From: Gemmatimonadales bacterium
Lineage (GTDB): Bacteria; Gemmatimonadota; Gemmatimonadetes; Gemmatimonadales; GWC2-71-9
Direction of reading: 5' to 3'
Assembly: GCA_036003865.1 (NCBI GenBank)
Contig: DASYRZ010000054.1
Span: forward strand, 28,445 to 60,444
Length of the DNA stretch: 32,000 bases
This document shows, one piece after another, positions 1-11,035 of the stretch (the first letter of the stretch is position 1; every line of letters begins with the position of its first letter). The notes beneath the pieces were generated by a model. The model had not been told where the DNA came from and did not search any database. It worked only from the letters and a program-made list of their open reading frames with translations. The position numbers and the translations under genes are program-made.

Positions 1-1
1 A

Positions 2-253
2 ACGCTGATGATCCGTTTTGTGGGCGATCGAGACGATCTCGATTTCTCGCAGACCCCTGCAGGGCGCCTAACTCTCCCTCCCTACAGTCGCGTTAACGTG
101 AGCGCGGAGTATCGGCCGCTGAACCGTGTCGCGGGGCTTTCTTTGAGTGTGCGTGTGGAGAACCTGTTCAACAACCACTCGTCGGAAATCACAAACTTCC
201 GGGTCAGGGGACGGCTTGTGATCATCGGTTGCCGGACAGTCTTGGCGCTCTGA
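2..253 (+). CDS. Outer-membrane TonB-dependent-receptor-like protein, C-terminal fragment (5' end lies outside the window)
   Basis: The frame is open from the window edge. The terminal peptide ...LSLSVRVENLFNNHSSEITNFRVRGR... resembles the last beta-strands of TonB-dependent receptors (NLF-x-x-x-Y/S ... GR). Only ~83 aa are visible. Confidence 0.4.
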   Translation, partial: TLMIRFVGDRDDLDFSQTPAGRLTLPPYSRVNVSAEYRPLNRVAGLSLSVRVENLFNNHSSEITNFRVRGRLVIIGCRTVLAL

Positions 254-258
254 GCAGG

Positions 259-282
259 CCTCTCGTCGCCGCGTGCGAGAGG
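259..282 (+). terminator. Stem-loop just after the receptor stop codon (possible intrinsic terminator, no U-tract)
   Basis: cctctcg (259-265) pairs with cgagagg (276-282) around a 10-nt loop, 6 nt after the TGA at 251-253. Confidence 0.25.
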
Positions 283-470
283 AACCGCCGATTATCAATC
301 GCAAACATTTGGCGCCCGCTTGCAGTCACATGCCTGTCGAAATATGTCCGGCACTCATTCGACACGGCGGGGTATCCGCAGGCGGTTGCGCACGCAATTG
401 AAGCAGTCACGTAACCCGTTGTGCACGGTGTACGACTTGTTTCTACAACTGTATCAGCAGGGGGTGCGGC

Positions 471-2387
471 ATGCGTTTACTTCGAATCGTAGGAGCCGTC
501 GGCGTAAGTGTGGCCCTCGTACTCTTGGGCGCGTGCTCAGATCAGCCAACCAGACCTGATCGGGGCTCCGATCCACTTGTCGCATCGGCCCATTCGCCGC
601 AGTTCGACATACGAGCAGTTCAGATGGATCTCCCGCCGAGGCCGCGTCCTTGGGATACCGACGATGGTGGACTTGTTGACGCGCTCCGAGCACAGGACGG
701 CCACGCCATCATCGCGTTCAAGGCGCCAACGAGCCGTCGGTCCTCCGAGGCACGCGGTCTGCGAGCGGCAGTGCCTGCGGCCTCGATTGAGCTGGGGCTC
801 TCGCTTCTCCGCGGCAGCGGTGCCGAGGTGATGTATGTCTACCGCACCTTCGGGGCTGCATGGGTCCGCATCGATCCTGCTCTGGGGCCTCAACTGCGTC
901 GTCACCCACTGATCGACTATATCGAGCCCCGTCAGTGGTTCCAGCTCGATCGTAGCCCAGCACGCGTAATGGCCGCGAAGGGAATGCTCGCTGTGCAAGG
1001 AGGCCAGACGACGCCTTGGGGCATCAAGATGGTCCGTGCGCCAGAGAGCTGGTCGCTCACCACCGGAACTGGTGTCAAGACCCTGATCATCGACACGGGC
1101 ATCGGAGCGCACGACGATCTCCCGGCTATCCCCCCGGTGAACTGTGGCGGCGGTTTTGGTGGTTGTGATGACGGTCCATTCTTTCACGGCACGCATGTAG
1201 CCGGGATTGTCCTTGCGCGAAACAACGCCATCGGTGTAGTAGGTGTGGCTCCGGGGGTAGATGGCAGCGATTTGTTCGCTTGGGGAGCGTGTGACTCGAA
1301 TACAGGCGGTTGCTCCACAACAGAAATTGCTGCGGGTATTGATGAGGGGCGAACCGATTCGGTGAAAGTTATTAGTATGAGTTTGCATGGCCCATTTGAT
1401 CAGGGTGTTGCGAACGCCGTGGCCCAAGCGTGGCAAGCTGGTATCGTGCTCGTCGCAGCTGCCGGTAACCACTCAACCGCTCGCCCCCAAGACAATATCG
1501 TGGTTTACCCGGCTGGAAACACCAACGTCATCGGGGTTGCCGGGGTCCAGACCGACAAGAGTTTCGCGAGTACGAGTCCATGCCCCCATCCACTTGGGGG
1601 ACAGGTAGCCTCCAATTCAGGTTCGCATGTCGACCTCGCGGCTCCATTCTGGGCTCTGAGTACGGTGGGCTCGTCCGCCTATGAGGACGAACGGCAGGGC
1701 TGGTGTGGCACTTCAATGGCGACACCGCATGTCACGGGTGCGGCAGCACTTCTGTGGGCTCAGAACCCTACTTGGACTAACCAACAAGTCGTCGATCGGC
1801 TCTTTGCCACGGCACTCGCCGCGCCAGGTCAGGAACTCTTAGTTGGTCACGGCCTCGTCGACGCAGCGAACGCCGTCGGTCTTGGTGCTCCCCGAATTGG
1901 TAGACCGCTTCAGGATGTCAGCAACACTGGGGGATTCACTGCTAGTTCTGGAACAGCCTTGTGGGCGATGACCGACGAGGCGCTACCTGATGGGAACACG
2001 ACTTATGTCGTCAAAGAAGCCGACGATGGTACGTACACGTTCGAGGTGAAACTCACTAGCTTGGCCGATGTCTACAATGCGTCTAACCCTGCGGTGATGC
2101 GGCTTCGACAGTTCGTCTACATTGTCGATTTCCCACAGAATTTAGGTGCAGTGCAGACGACGATGACATTACTCCAGGGGATTACCCAAATCGCAACGAC
2201 GACGTTTACAGCACAGCCGGGCCAGTACACCCAAATGCTTGATTATGCACTGACCTCGGCTGAACGAGCGGCGATCACTAATCCTGCGGATCTCCGAATG
2301 CGAGTGTCGGTACGAATCGCGACTCAGGATATTCAGAGGCGGGGTTGCCGGGTGACCTTCATCGAATTTGACAACAACCCGAGCTAA
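471..2387 (+). CDS. Subtilisin-family (S8) serine protease, predicted lipoprotein, with I9-like propeptide and an unassigned ~160-aa C-terminal domain
   Basis: Catalytic motifs are present: LIIDTGI (Asp), HGTHVAGI (His), AAGN (oxyanion Asn) and GTSMATPHVTGAAALL (Ser). The signal peptide has a lipobox (VALVLLGAC). A propeptide-like segment precedes the catalytic domain. Confidence 0.9.
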   Translation: MRLLRIVGAVGVSVALVLLGACSDQPTRPDRGSDPLVASAHSPQFDIRAVQMDLPPRPRPWDTDDGGLVDALRAQDGHAIIAFKAPTSRRSSEARGLRAAVPAASIELGLSLLRGSGAEVMYVYRTFGAAWVRIDPALGPQLRRHPLIDYIEPRQWFQLDRSPARVMAAKGMLAVQGGQTTPWGIKMVRAPESWSLTTGTGVKTLIIDTGIGAHDDLPAIPPVNCGGGFGGCDDGPFFHGTHVAGIVLARNNAIGVVGVAPGVDGSDLFAWGACDSNTGGCSTTEIAAGIDEGRTDSVKVISMSLHGPFDQGVANAVAQAWQAGIVLVAAAGNHSTARPQDNIVVYPAGNTNVIGVAGVQTDKSFASTSPCPHPLGGQVASNSGSHVDLAAPFWALSTVGSSAYEDERQGWCGTSMATPHVTGAAALLWAQNPTWTNQQVVDRLFATALAAPGQELLVGHGLVDAANAVGLGAPRIGRPLQDVSNTGGFTASSGTALWAMTDEALPDGNTTYVVKEADDGTYTFEVKLTSLADVYNASNPAVMRLRQFVYIVDFPQNLGAVQTTMTLLQGITQIATTTFTAQPGQYTQMLDYALTSAERAAITNPADLRMRVSVRIATQDIQRRGCRVTFIEFDNNPS

Positions 2388-2603
2388 GAGCTTGGGGCCG
2401 TCCCGTGCACCACTCCCCGACGCTCGATACCCGGAGCAGTCCGGGCTACCGCTCGTATCTCATGGCGCCCGACGTGCCCCGTCCCGGGGCGCTGCGCCGC
2501 CCTGGCGGTACTAACGCCGCAGCAGCTCATCACACGCGATATCGCCGCCTGCACGGCGTTCGATCGCCGCGCGCACCGGGCGGGGGTCGGCGGTGAAGCG
2601 GAG

Positions 2604-3476
2604 ATGCTAGCCCCGGCCCAACGCATAGTCTCGCTGTTGCCGAGCGCGACGGAGATCGTGTGCGCGCTCGGTCTGGAAGAGCGGCTCGTCGGGATTTCGC
2701 ACAGCTGCGACTACCCGCCGAGCGTGACCTGCCTGCCGCGGCTCTCCCGTCCTCGCGCGAATCTCGAAGGGGTGTCGAGCGGTGAGATCGACGCCGCAAT
2801 TCGGGCGGCGATGCGGGACTATGGGAGCGTATACGAAATCGACATCGAAGGTCTCACCGCACTGCAGCCGGACCTCGTGCTCACGCAGGGCATCTGCGAT
2901 GTGTGTGCGGTGCCTGAAAAGCAGGTGGTTGGGGATTTGGGGCTAGGGACTCGGGTCTTGTCCTTAGACGCACATGACATGGCGGCAATCTTCACGAGCA
3001 TTCGGGACATTGGGCACGCGACCGGCACCGTCGCACCGGCCGAGCGTCTAGTTGCCGACTTGCAGCGCCGCATCGCGGTGGTTCGCACAAAAGTCGCCGG
3101 GCGGCCCAAGCCGCGCGTCCTCGCGCTCGAGTGGCTCGATCCCCCTTACGTGCCCGGCCATTGGGTACCGGAACTGGTCGAAGCAGCGGGCGGCGAACTG
3201 CTGGCTGGCACCGCGCGTCGGCCCTCGTACCGGATGGAATGGGCGGACTTGCAGGGACTCGAGCCTGATGTCCTCCTGGTCATGCCCTGCGGCTTCAACC
3301 TCGAGGAAACGCAGCGCGAGGCCGTGCGTCATAGACGGCAGCTGCGGGCCGTGGGCGGCCGGGTCCACCTGCTCGACGCGTCGGCAAACTTCAGCCGTTC
3401 CGGTCCCCGAGTCATCGACGGATTGGAGATTCTCGCGTCGACGTTCGCCGCCCTTCGCCGCCCTTCGCCGCCGTAG
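2604..3476 (+). CDS. Periplasmic-binding-protein family (BtuF/FhuD-like, cobalamin or Fe-siderophore type) substrate-binding protein
   Basis: The N-terminus IVSLLPSATEIVCALGLEERLVGISHSCDYP and the later LQPDLVL motif are typical of the PF01497 class. No obvious signal peptide follows the annotated Met. Confidence 0.7.
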   Translation: MLAPAQRIVSLLPSATEIVCALGLEERLVGISHSCDYPPSVTCLPRLSRPRANLEGVSSGEIDAAIRAAMRDYGSVYEIDIEGLTALQPDLVLTQGICDVCAVPEKQVVGDLGLGTRVLSLDAHDMAAIFTSIRDIGHATGTVAPAERLVADLQRRIAVVRTKVAGRPKPRVLALEWLDPPYVPGHWVPELVEAAGGELLAGTARRPSYRMEWADLQGLEPDVLLVMPCGFNLEETQREAVRHRRQLRAVGGRVHLLDASANFSRSGPRVIDGLEILASTFAALRRPSPP

Positions 3477-3534
3477 TATCACGCCGCCGTCTTCTCTCGC
3501 CGCCGCTTCATCTCGTCGCCCTTATATTTCCGAT

Positions 3535-4314
3535 GTGAGTCTCGTTTCCACACCTGCTGTCGTCCTTCGGACTTACCGCTACAGCGAGACGTCCAAGATC
3601 GTGCGGCTCGCGACGCGCGACTACGGCGTCCAGAGCGCCATCGCCAAAGGAGTCCTCCGCCCGCGCAGCCCCTTCGGCGCCGCGCTCGAAACGCTGAGCG
3701 AGGGCGTCGCACAGCTGTATCACCGGGAGACGCGCGAGCTGCAGACGCTGGCGGCATTCGACGTGATCCAGCTGCGGCGCGATCTCGCGGGTGACCTGGG
3801 CCGCTTTGCGGGGGCGGCGGCGCTATCCGAAGTCATGCTGAAGATGGCGCCCCCGGCGCCGCTTCCCGCCGCCTACGAGGCCTTCCTACTCGGCCTGGAC
3901 GCGTTGGTCGGCGCCGCGCCCCATCAGGCCGACGCGGTCGCGGTCCGCTGGCTGTGGCTGCTCGTCGGTGTGCTGGGATTTGCACCGCAGCTCGACGCGT
4001 GCGTGCGTGACGGGAACGCCGTTTCCGGGACGGTCGCGTTCAGTATCGCCGAGGGCGGTGTCTTGTGCACCAAATGCGCGGGTGTTCAGCCTCCCACCAA
4101 GCTGCCGCCCCACGCCTATCGCGATCTGGTCGCCTTGAACAGCGAACAGGCGGAACTCCCCGCGTTGGACGTCGCCCACGCGGCCGCGCATCGGCGGTTG
4201 ATCGCGCGCTTCATCCGGCACCATTTGGACGAGACGGGAAGGAACGGAAAAGAACCGAAGGCAAGTGCCATCGACATCTGGGAGCGCGGCGCGTGGGCTC
4301 ACGCAGCTTCGTAA
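3535..4314 (+). CDS. recO: DNA repair protein RecO
   Basis: A GTG start gives VSLVSTPAVVLRTYRYSETSKIVRLATRDYG..., a RecO OB-fold N-terminus. A C-x-x-C zinc motif (LCTKCAG) follows, and the length is ~259 aa. The upstream part of track ORF 3052..4314 overlaps the previous gene and is not coding. Confidence 0.85.
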   Translation: MSLVSTPAVVLRTYRYSETSKIVRLATRDYGVQSAIAKGVLRPRSPFGAALETLSEGVAQLYHRETRELQTLAAFDVIQLRRDLAGDLGRFAGAAALSEVMLKMAPPAPLPAAYEAFLLGLDALVGAAPHQADAVAVRWLWLLVGVLGFAPQLDACVRDGNAVSGTVAFSIAEGGVLCTKCAGVQPPTKLPPHAYRDLVALNSEQAELPALDVAHAAAHRRLIARFIRHHLDETGRNGKEPKASAIDIWERGAWAHAAS

Positions 4315-6164
4315 TCGGCACCGCCGGGCATATCGATCACGGGAAGACCGCGCTGGTAAAGGCCCTCACCGGTGTGGATACCGACCGTTGGGAAGAAGAG
4401 AAGCGCCGCGGCATCACCATCGATCTCGGATTCGCCCCGCTGCCGCTGCCCGGCGGCATTCAAGCCAGTGTCGTCGATGTCCCCGGTCATGAAGGATTCG
4501 TCAAAAACATGCTCGCCGGCGCAACCGGTATCGATGTCGCGCTGCTCATCATCGCCGCCGACGAAGGGATCATGCCGCAGACGGAGGAGCACCTCGCCAT
4601 CGTCGAGCTGCTTGGCGTGCGGCGCGGTATCCCAGTCCTCACCAAGCGCGATCTCGTCGACGACGAGTGGCTCGCGCTGGTCCGGACCGAAGTGGCCCAA
4701 CGCCTTTCGCGCAGTCGCATCCGGTGGACCGATCCCATTGCGGTGAGCGCGCTCAAGGCGGAGGGTTTGGAGGATCTGAAAAAAGCGTTGGGGGAGGTTG
4801 TGGAGGATCTGCAAGAACGGTCGACGGACGATCTGTTTCGCTTGCCGATCGATCGAGTGTTCTCGCTGCCCGGCGCGGGGACGGTGGTGACCGGCTCGAC
4901 CTGGAGCGGAACGGTGTCCGGCGGCGCGAATGTGCGGTTGCTTCCCCTGGATCGCGAAGTCCGGGTGCGGTCGATCCAGGTTCACAGCCACGACGCAGAT
5001 CGCGCAGGCCCCGGCCGGCGGACCGCCCTAGCGTTGGTCGGTGTCGCGAAGGAAGAACTCGAGCGCGGCGACGTCGCCGTCACGGGCTCGGGATGGGGCG
5101 CGACGAGCACGCTGGATGTCTCGCTCGAGCTGCTCCCATCACTCCGCAAGCCGCTCGCCGTCCGTTCCCGGATCCGCGTGCACCTTGGCACGACCGAAGT
5201 ACTGGGACGCGTAGCGCAGGTGCGTGGGATAGCGCCGGGGGAAACGGGGCTCGCCCGTCTGCTCCTGGAACGGCCCCTCGTCGCCCGCGGCGGCGACCGA
5301 TTCGTCATCCGCAGCTTCTCGCCCGTCACGACGATCGGCGGCGGCGTCGTGTTCGATCCCTTTCCCCCCAAGCGCCCCCGGGTCTCGGAGCGCGGTCTCG
5401 CGGTCGGTCAACCTGCGGCGGAGCGGCTGGCGCGATTGGTGGAGGAGGCGGGTCTCGGCGGAGTGCGGTCGGCGGATCTTCCCGTGCGGTTGGGCATTCT
5501 TCCTTCTGACGTATCCGCCACAATCGCGGCCGTCGGGAAAGGCGTCCTGTCCGTAGGGGATGTGGTCGTGGCGCGACGGGCCATAGCGGCGGAGGTGGAA
5601 CGGCTCGCAGGCGTGGTCGCCGCGCACCATGAGGAGCATCCCCTCGATCCTGGGCTCTCATTGCAAGCGTTGCGCGCCGGCATCACTGCACCGGCCGCGG
5701 TGCTCGATTTGCTCATCGAACATGGGGTAAAGAAGCAGGCATGGGAGCTGGTCGAGAACGGCGCTGCGGTCCGAAAGCCGGGTTGGCAGGCGGCGCTCAG
5801 GGAACGGGCGGGAGATGCTGGCGGACGCCTGGCGGCGCGGCTGCGGGAGGCGCGCTGGCAGCTTCCGACCGTGGCCGAGCTAGAACGTGAGTTTGCCGAT
5901 CCTTCCGTCCCCGCGCTGCTCGCGCACCTCGCGCGGGAGGGATCGGTCGAGCGCGTGGACCAGGAGCGCTATGCGCTGAAACAGGCGCTGGAGGAGTTCC
6001 GTCGAGCGGTGGAAGACACGCTGCGCGAGCTGGGTGCCGCGACCCCGGCGCAATTCCGCGACCGGCTGGGTCTGACACGCAAGTACTTGATCCCGCTGCT
6101 CGAGTGGGCGGATCGGCGTGGCATCACAAGTCGAAAGGGCGATACCAGGGTTTTACGTGCTTGA
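4293..6164 (+). CDS. selB: Selenocysteine-specific translation elongation factor SelB
   Basis: The GTPase motifs are present: G1 GTAGHIDHGKT, DTDRWEEEKRRGITIDLGF, and DVPGHE. A long winged-helix C-terminus ends LGLTRKYLIPLLEWADRRGITSRKGDTRVL. The GTG start overlaps the recO stop, and the ORF-track start at 4065 is an artificial extension. Confidence 0.85.
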   Translation: MGSRSFVIGTAGHIDHGKTALVKALTGVDTDRWEEEKRRGITIDLGFAPLPLPGGIQASVVDVPGHEGFVKNMLAGATGIDVALLIIAADEGIMPQTEEHLAIVELLGVRRGIPVLTKRDLVDDEWLALVRTEVAQRLSRSRIRWTDPIAVSALKAEGLEDLKKALGEVVEDLQERSTDDLFRLPIDRVFSLPGAGTVVTGSTWSGTVSGGANVRLLPLDREVRVRSIQVHSHDADRAGPGRRTALALVGVAKEELERGDVAVTGSGWGATSTLDVSLELLPSLRKPLAVRSRIRVHLGTTEVLGRVAQVRGIAPGETGLARLLLERPLVARGGDRFVIRSFSPVTTIGGGVVFDPFPPKRPRVSERGLAVGQPAAERLARLVEEAGLGGVRSADLPVRLGILPSDVSATIAAVGKGVLSVGDVVVARRAIAAEVERLAGVVAAHHEEHPLDPGLSLQALRAGITAPAAVLDLLIEHGVKKQAWELVENGAAVRKPGWQAALRERAGDAGGRLAARLREARWQLPTVAELEREFADPSVPALLAHLAREGSVERVDQERYALKQALEEFRRAVEDTLRELGAATPAQFRDRLGLTRKYLIPLLEWADRRGITSRKGDTRVLRA

Positions 6165-6275
6165 CAGTCTAGTGGCGGTTCCTAGCTTTTTGGGTAGCAC
6201 CATTAACCTTTGCGTCCTGTACCAACCAAGGAGAGCGGTCTAACGCATCTTTACGTCTGCAGAGGAGTCGGTGAG

Positions 6276-6725
6276 ATGAAGCTGTACGCCTGGGCAGTGC
6301 TGGTGGGGGGGCTCGGGGCAGAGTTGACGGGAGGAGTCGGTGGGGTTTTGGGGCAGGCGCCGCCCGCGCCGCCACCCCCGCTCGTCGAGCTCAAGCAGAA
6401 CTACCCGAATCCGTTCAACCCGGCGACCACGATCCCATTCACGTTGAATGGTGAGTTGTTTGCCAACGGTCACCGGCCGAAGGTGTCGCTCAAGATTTAC
6501 AACGTGCTGGCGCAGCAGGTTGCGACGCCCATCCTGCAAGGGACGGGCGAGGAGCTCACCGAGCTCGAGCTGACCTGTAATACGCCCACGACGGGGTGCA
6601 CCTTCAACGCGTACTGGGACGGCAAGGTCCTGAAGACCGATCAGGAAGCGGCGTCGGGCGTGTACATCTATCAGCTGGTTGTCGACGGTAGACGATTTAC
6701 GAAGAAGATGATTGTGATGAAGTAG
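6276..6725 (+). CDS. Small secreted protein consisting essentially of a signal peptide plus a FlgD-Ig-like / T9SS type-A C-terminal sorting domain
   Basis: GGAG lies upstream of the ATG at 6276. The hydrophobic N-terminus is MKLYAWAVLVGGLG. The CTD signature is LKQNYPNPFNPATTIPFTL ... SGVYIYQLVVDGRRFTKKMIVMK. Confidence 0.6.
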   Translation: MKLYAWAVLVGGLGAELTGGVGGVLGQAPPAPPPPLVELKQNYPNPFNPATTIPFTLNGELFANGHRPKVSLKIYNVLAQQVATPILQGTGEELTELELTCNTPTTGCTFNAYWDGKVLKTDQEAASGVYIYQLVVDGRRFTKKMIVMK

Positions 6726-6726
6726 G

Positions 6727-6759
6727 GGCGGTAAAGAGGCGGTAAAGGGGCGGTAGGAG
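6727..6759. repeat. Three tandem 11-nt units (ggcggtaaaga / ggcggtaaagg / ggcggtaggag)
   Basis: Read directly. The repeat starts 2 nt after the stop codon at 6723-6725 and ends 10 nt before the IS3-type end. Confidence 0.8.
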
Positions 6760-6768
6760 TGCTTACTC

Positions 6769-7040
6769 TGAGCCTGTCCCGATTTCGTGGACACCCAATG
6801 GCGTAGATTCTGCCAAGGGGGTGTCCCATGGGGAAGGGCCCGCGGAAGTTCGATGAGCAGTATAAGCGTGAGGCCGTCCGGTTTCTCGAGGAGACCGGGC
6901 GGCCGTTGCGTCAGGTCGCCGCCGAATTGAAAGTCAGTGAGCAGGCCCTCTGGCGCTGGCGCAAGAAGTATGGGACGGGGGATCGCGAGCAGCTGACGCC
7001 GACGGAGCGGGCGGAGCTGCGCCGATTGCGCCGCGAGGTC
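6769..7040 (+). mobile_element. IS3-family insertion sequence remnant (left end plus 5' part of orfA only)
   Basis: A TG-initiated terminal sequence (tgagcctgtccc...) resembles IS3/IS407-type left ends. The orfA-like HTH peptide MGKGPRKFDEQYKREAVRFLEETGRPLRQVAAELKVSEQALWRWRKKYG...ELRRLRRE then loses similarity. An 8-bp stem (6789-6796/6819-6826) lies over the RBS. Confidence 0.65.
6828..7040 (+). pseudogene. Truncated IS3-family transposase OrfA (HTH_Tnp_1-like)
   Basis: See the IS3 remnant entry. There is no frameshift window and no OrfB (DDE) part, and the reading frame continues into unrelated sequence. Confidence 0.6.
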
Positions 7041-7041
7041 G

Positions 7042-7314
7042 TTCCAGCGCGCGGGTGCACGGACACGATCGGTCGTGGTCGCGCAGGCTGTGCTCACAGA
7101 TCATGTTCATATCCTCGTTCGGTGTGCACCCGACGCGACCGTCAGCGGCTTTGTCAGAGAAGCAAAGTCTGAATCATCGAGGCGGGCCGGAAAATTCCTA
7201 CGATGGCAGCGCGGTTACTCGGCGGATTCTGTTAGCAGGTCGCACGTGATGCGCGTCCGGTGCTACATCGCCAAGCAATTCGCCCATCACCCCGACAAGA
7301 TCCCTCCAGAGTAG
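7042..7314 (+). pseudogene. 5'-truncated IS200/RAYT-like Y1 (HUH) transposase fragment
   Basis: ...VVAQAVLTDHVHILV (HUH motif) ... WQRGY ... RCYIAKQFAHH (catalytic Tyr region, YxxxQ). About 50 N-terminal residues are missing. The fragment abuts the IS3 remnant. Confidence 0.55.
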
Positions 7315-7371
7315 GGAGCCCCGCGGCCGTGGCGCGGGGCTACAAGGAGTTCTCCGCGGCCGTGGGGCTAC
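7311..7371 (+). repeat. REP-like element: GTAG-headed imperfect palindrome plus a second partial copy
   Basis: The first copy is gtag-gga-gccccgcg(7318-7325)-gccgtgg-cgcggggc(7333-7340)-tac. A partial direct copy, ccgcggccgtggggctac, lies at 7354-7371. The element starts on the stop codon of the RAYT-like fragment. Confidence 0.55.
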
Positions 7372-7420
7372 AAAAGGCGGTAACTCCCATTCTTCCTTTC
7401 AGTTGCACCGCTTTGCACGC

Positions 7421-7426
7421 TATATT
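7421..7426 (+). promoter_or_regulatory. Possible -10 box (TATATT) placed for a leaderless alaS transcript
   Basis: TATATT ends 6 nt before the ATG at 7433, and there is no Shine-Dalgarno sequence between them. No convincing -35 element was found. Confidence 0.25.
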
Positions 7427-7432
7427 TTCGGA

Positions 7433-10029
<2,597 letters not shown>

Positions 10030-10033
<4 letters not shown>

Positions 10034-10308
10034 CTCGCGAAGAAGTGCTGGCGTGGCTCCATTCGCGCAGACCGGCCCCTCCGCCGACGCTGCGGGATCG
10101 TCTCGACCGCGCCGTCCAGCAACTGCGGCCGGCTCCTCGCTCCCAGCTCCCCACGTACCTGGCGCAGCTGGGGAGCACATTGCTCGACGGTGTCGTGGAC
10201 AAACCGAACGGCGGCCGGGAGCTGGCGCTCGACCTACTGGCCGCGGATGCGTTCGCGACGTACGCGTTCGAGGCCCAAGCCGAAGGAGGATCGACGCATG
10301 AGACTTGA
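10030..10308 (+). CDS. Hypothetical protein (92 aa), translationally coupled to alaS
   Basis: The ATG overlaps the alaS stop (ATGA). Third-position GC is high, as in neighbouring genes. No recognisable motif was found. Confidence 0.45.
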
Positions 10309-11035
10309 TGGTCAGGGGTTGCTCGTGCTCGTAGATCCGGTTCGCACCGGTGGCGCGGAGGCGGCACGCATCGGCCGCGCGGCAAAGGCGGCCGGGGTGC
10401 GGGGGCTGTTGATCGGCTCGTCGTTCGATGGCGCGGCCCAAACCCACGAGGTGGCGCGCGCGCTCCGAGAGAACGCGCCCGGCATTCTGGTCGCGCTCTT
10501 TCCCGGCTCGGCCATGCAGCTCACCGATCAGGTGGATCTCGTTCTGTTCCTCTCGCTCGTCTCCGGCCGCAACCCACAGTATCTGATCGAGGAGCATGTC
10601 CGGGCCGTGCCGTATTTGCAGCAGCATCCCGTGCCGACGCTGTCCACCGCGTACATCCTCATCGACGGCGGGCGTGTCACGAGCGTGGAGTCGGTGAGCC
10701 AGACGCGGCCGTTGCCCGCCGACAAGCCCGAGCTGGCGGCGGCCCACGCGACGGCCGCCACGTTGATTGGGATGCAGGCGATCTATCTCGACGTCGGCAG
10801 CGGCGCCGACCGTCCCGTTTCGCCGGAGGTAATTCGGGCGTGCCGCGCCGCCGTACCGCAGCGCCCGCTGTTCGTCGGCGGCGGCATTCGCACGCCGGCG
10901 CAGGCGCGCGCGGCCCGGCAGGCGGGAGCCGACTTCGTCGTCATCGGCACCGTCGTCGAGGAAGGACCGCAGGGGGAGCTGGGGAAGCGCGGTGGGCTGG
11001 GTGGGTTGGAGGCATTCGTCGAGGCTGTGCGGTGA
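10298..11035 (+). CDS. Geranylgeranylglyceryl/heptaprenylglyceryl phosphate synthase family protein (PcrB/GGGPS-like)
   Basis: The RBS gaaggagga precedes the ATG at 10298. The motifs are FPGS...DLVLFLSLVSGRNPQYLIEEH, AIYLDVGSGA and LFVGGGIRTPAQA...GADFVVIG, typical of the TIM-barrel GGGPS family. The track start at 10190 is an extension. Confidence 0.75.
   Translation: MRLDGQGLLVLVDPVRTGGAEAARIGRAAKAAGVRGLLIGSSFDGAAQTHEVARALRENAPGILVALFPGSAMQLTDQVDLVLFLSLVSGRNPQYLIEEHVRAVPYLQQHPVPTLSTAYILIDGGRVTSVESVSQTRPLPADKPELAAAHATAATLIGMQAIYLDVGSGADRPVSPEVIRACRAAVPQRPLFVGGGIRTPAQARAARQAGADFVVIGTVVEEGPQGELGKRGGLGGLEAFVEAVR

Noticed and set aside
2388-2603. A cobalamin riboswitch upstream of the BtuF-like binding protein
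   Set aside because: I could not find the B12-box or the conserved GGGAA/GGUG...GCCACUG elements on either strand, so the region is left unannotated.
3052-3534. 5' extensions of track ORFs (3052..4314, 4065..6164, 10190.., 10840.., 10992.., 12307.., 13409.., 7403.., 29114)
   Set aside because: The extensions overlap the preceding genes in another frame and have Arg/Ser/Pro-rich nonsense composition. Homology-consistent internal ATG/GTG starts, often overlapping the upstream stop codon, were used instead.
6165-6275. tRNA-Sec or another tRNA next to selB, and tRNAs or rRNAs elsewhere in the window
   Set aside because: No T-loop (GTTCRANYC) or cloverleaf-compatible sequence was found by eye in the intergenic regions.
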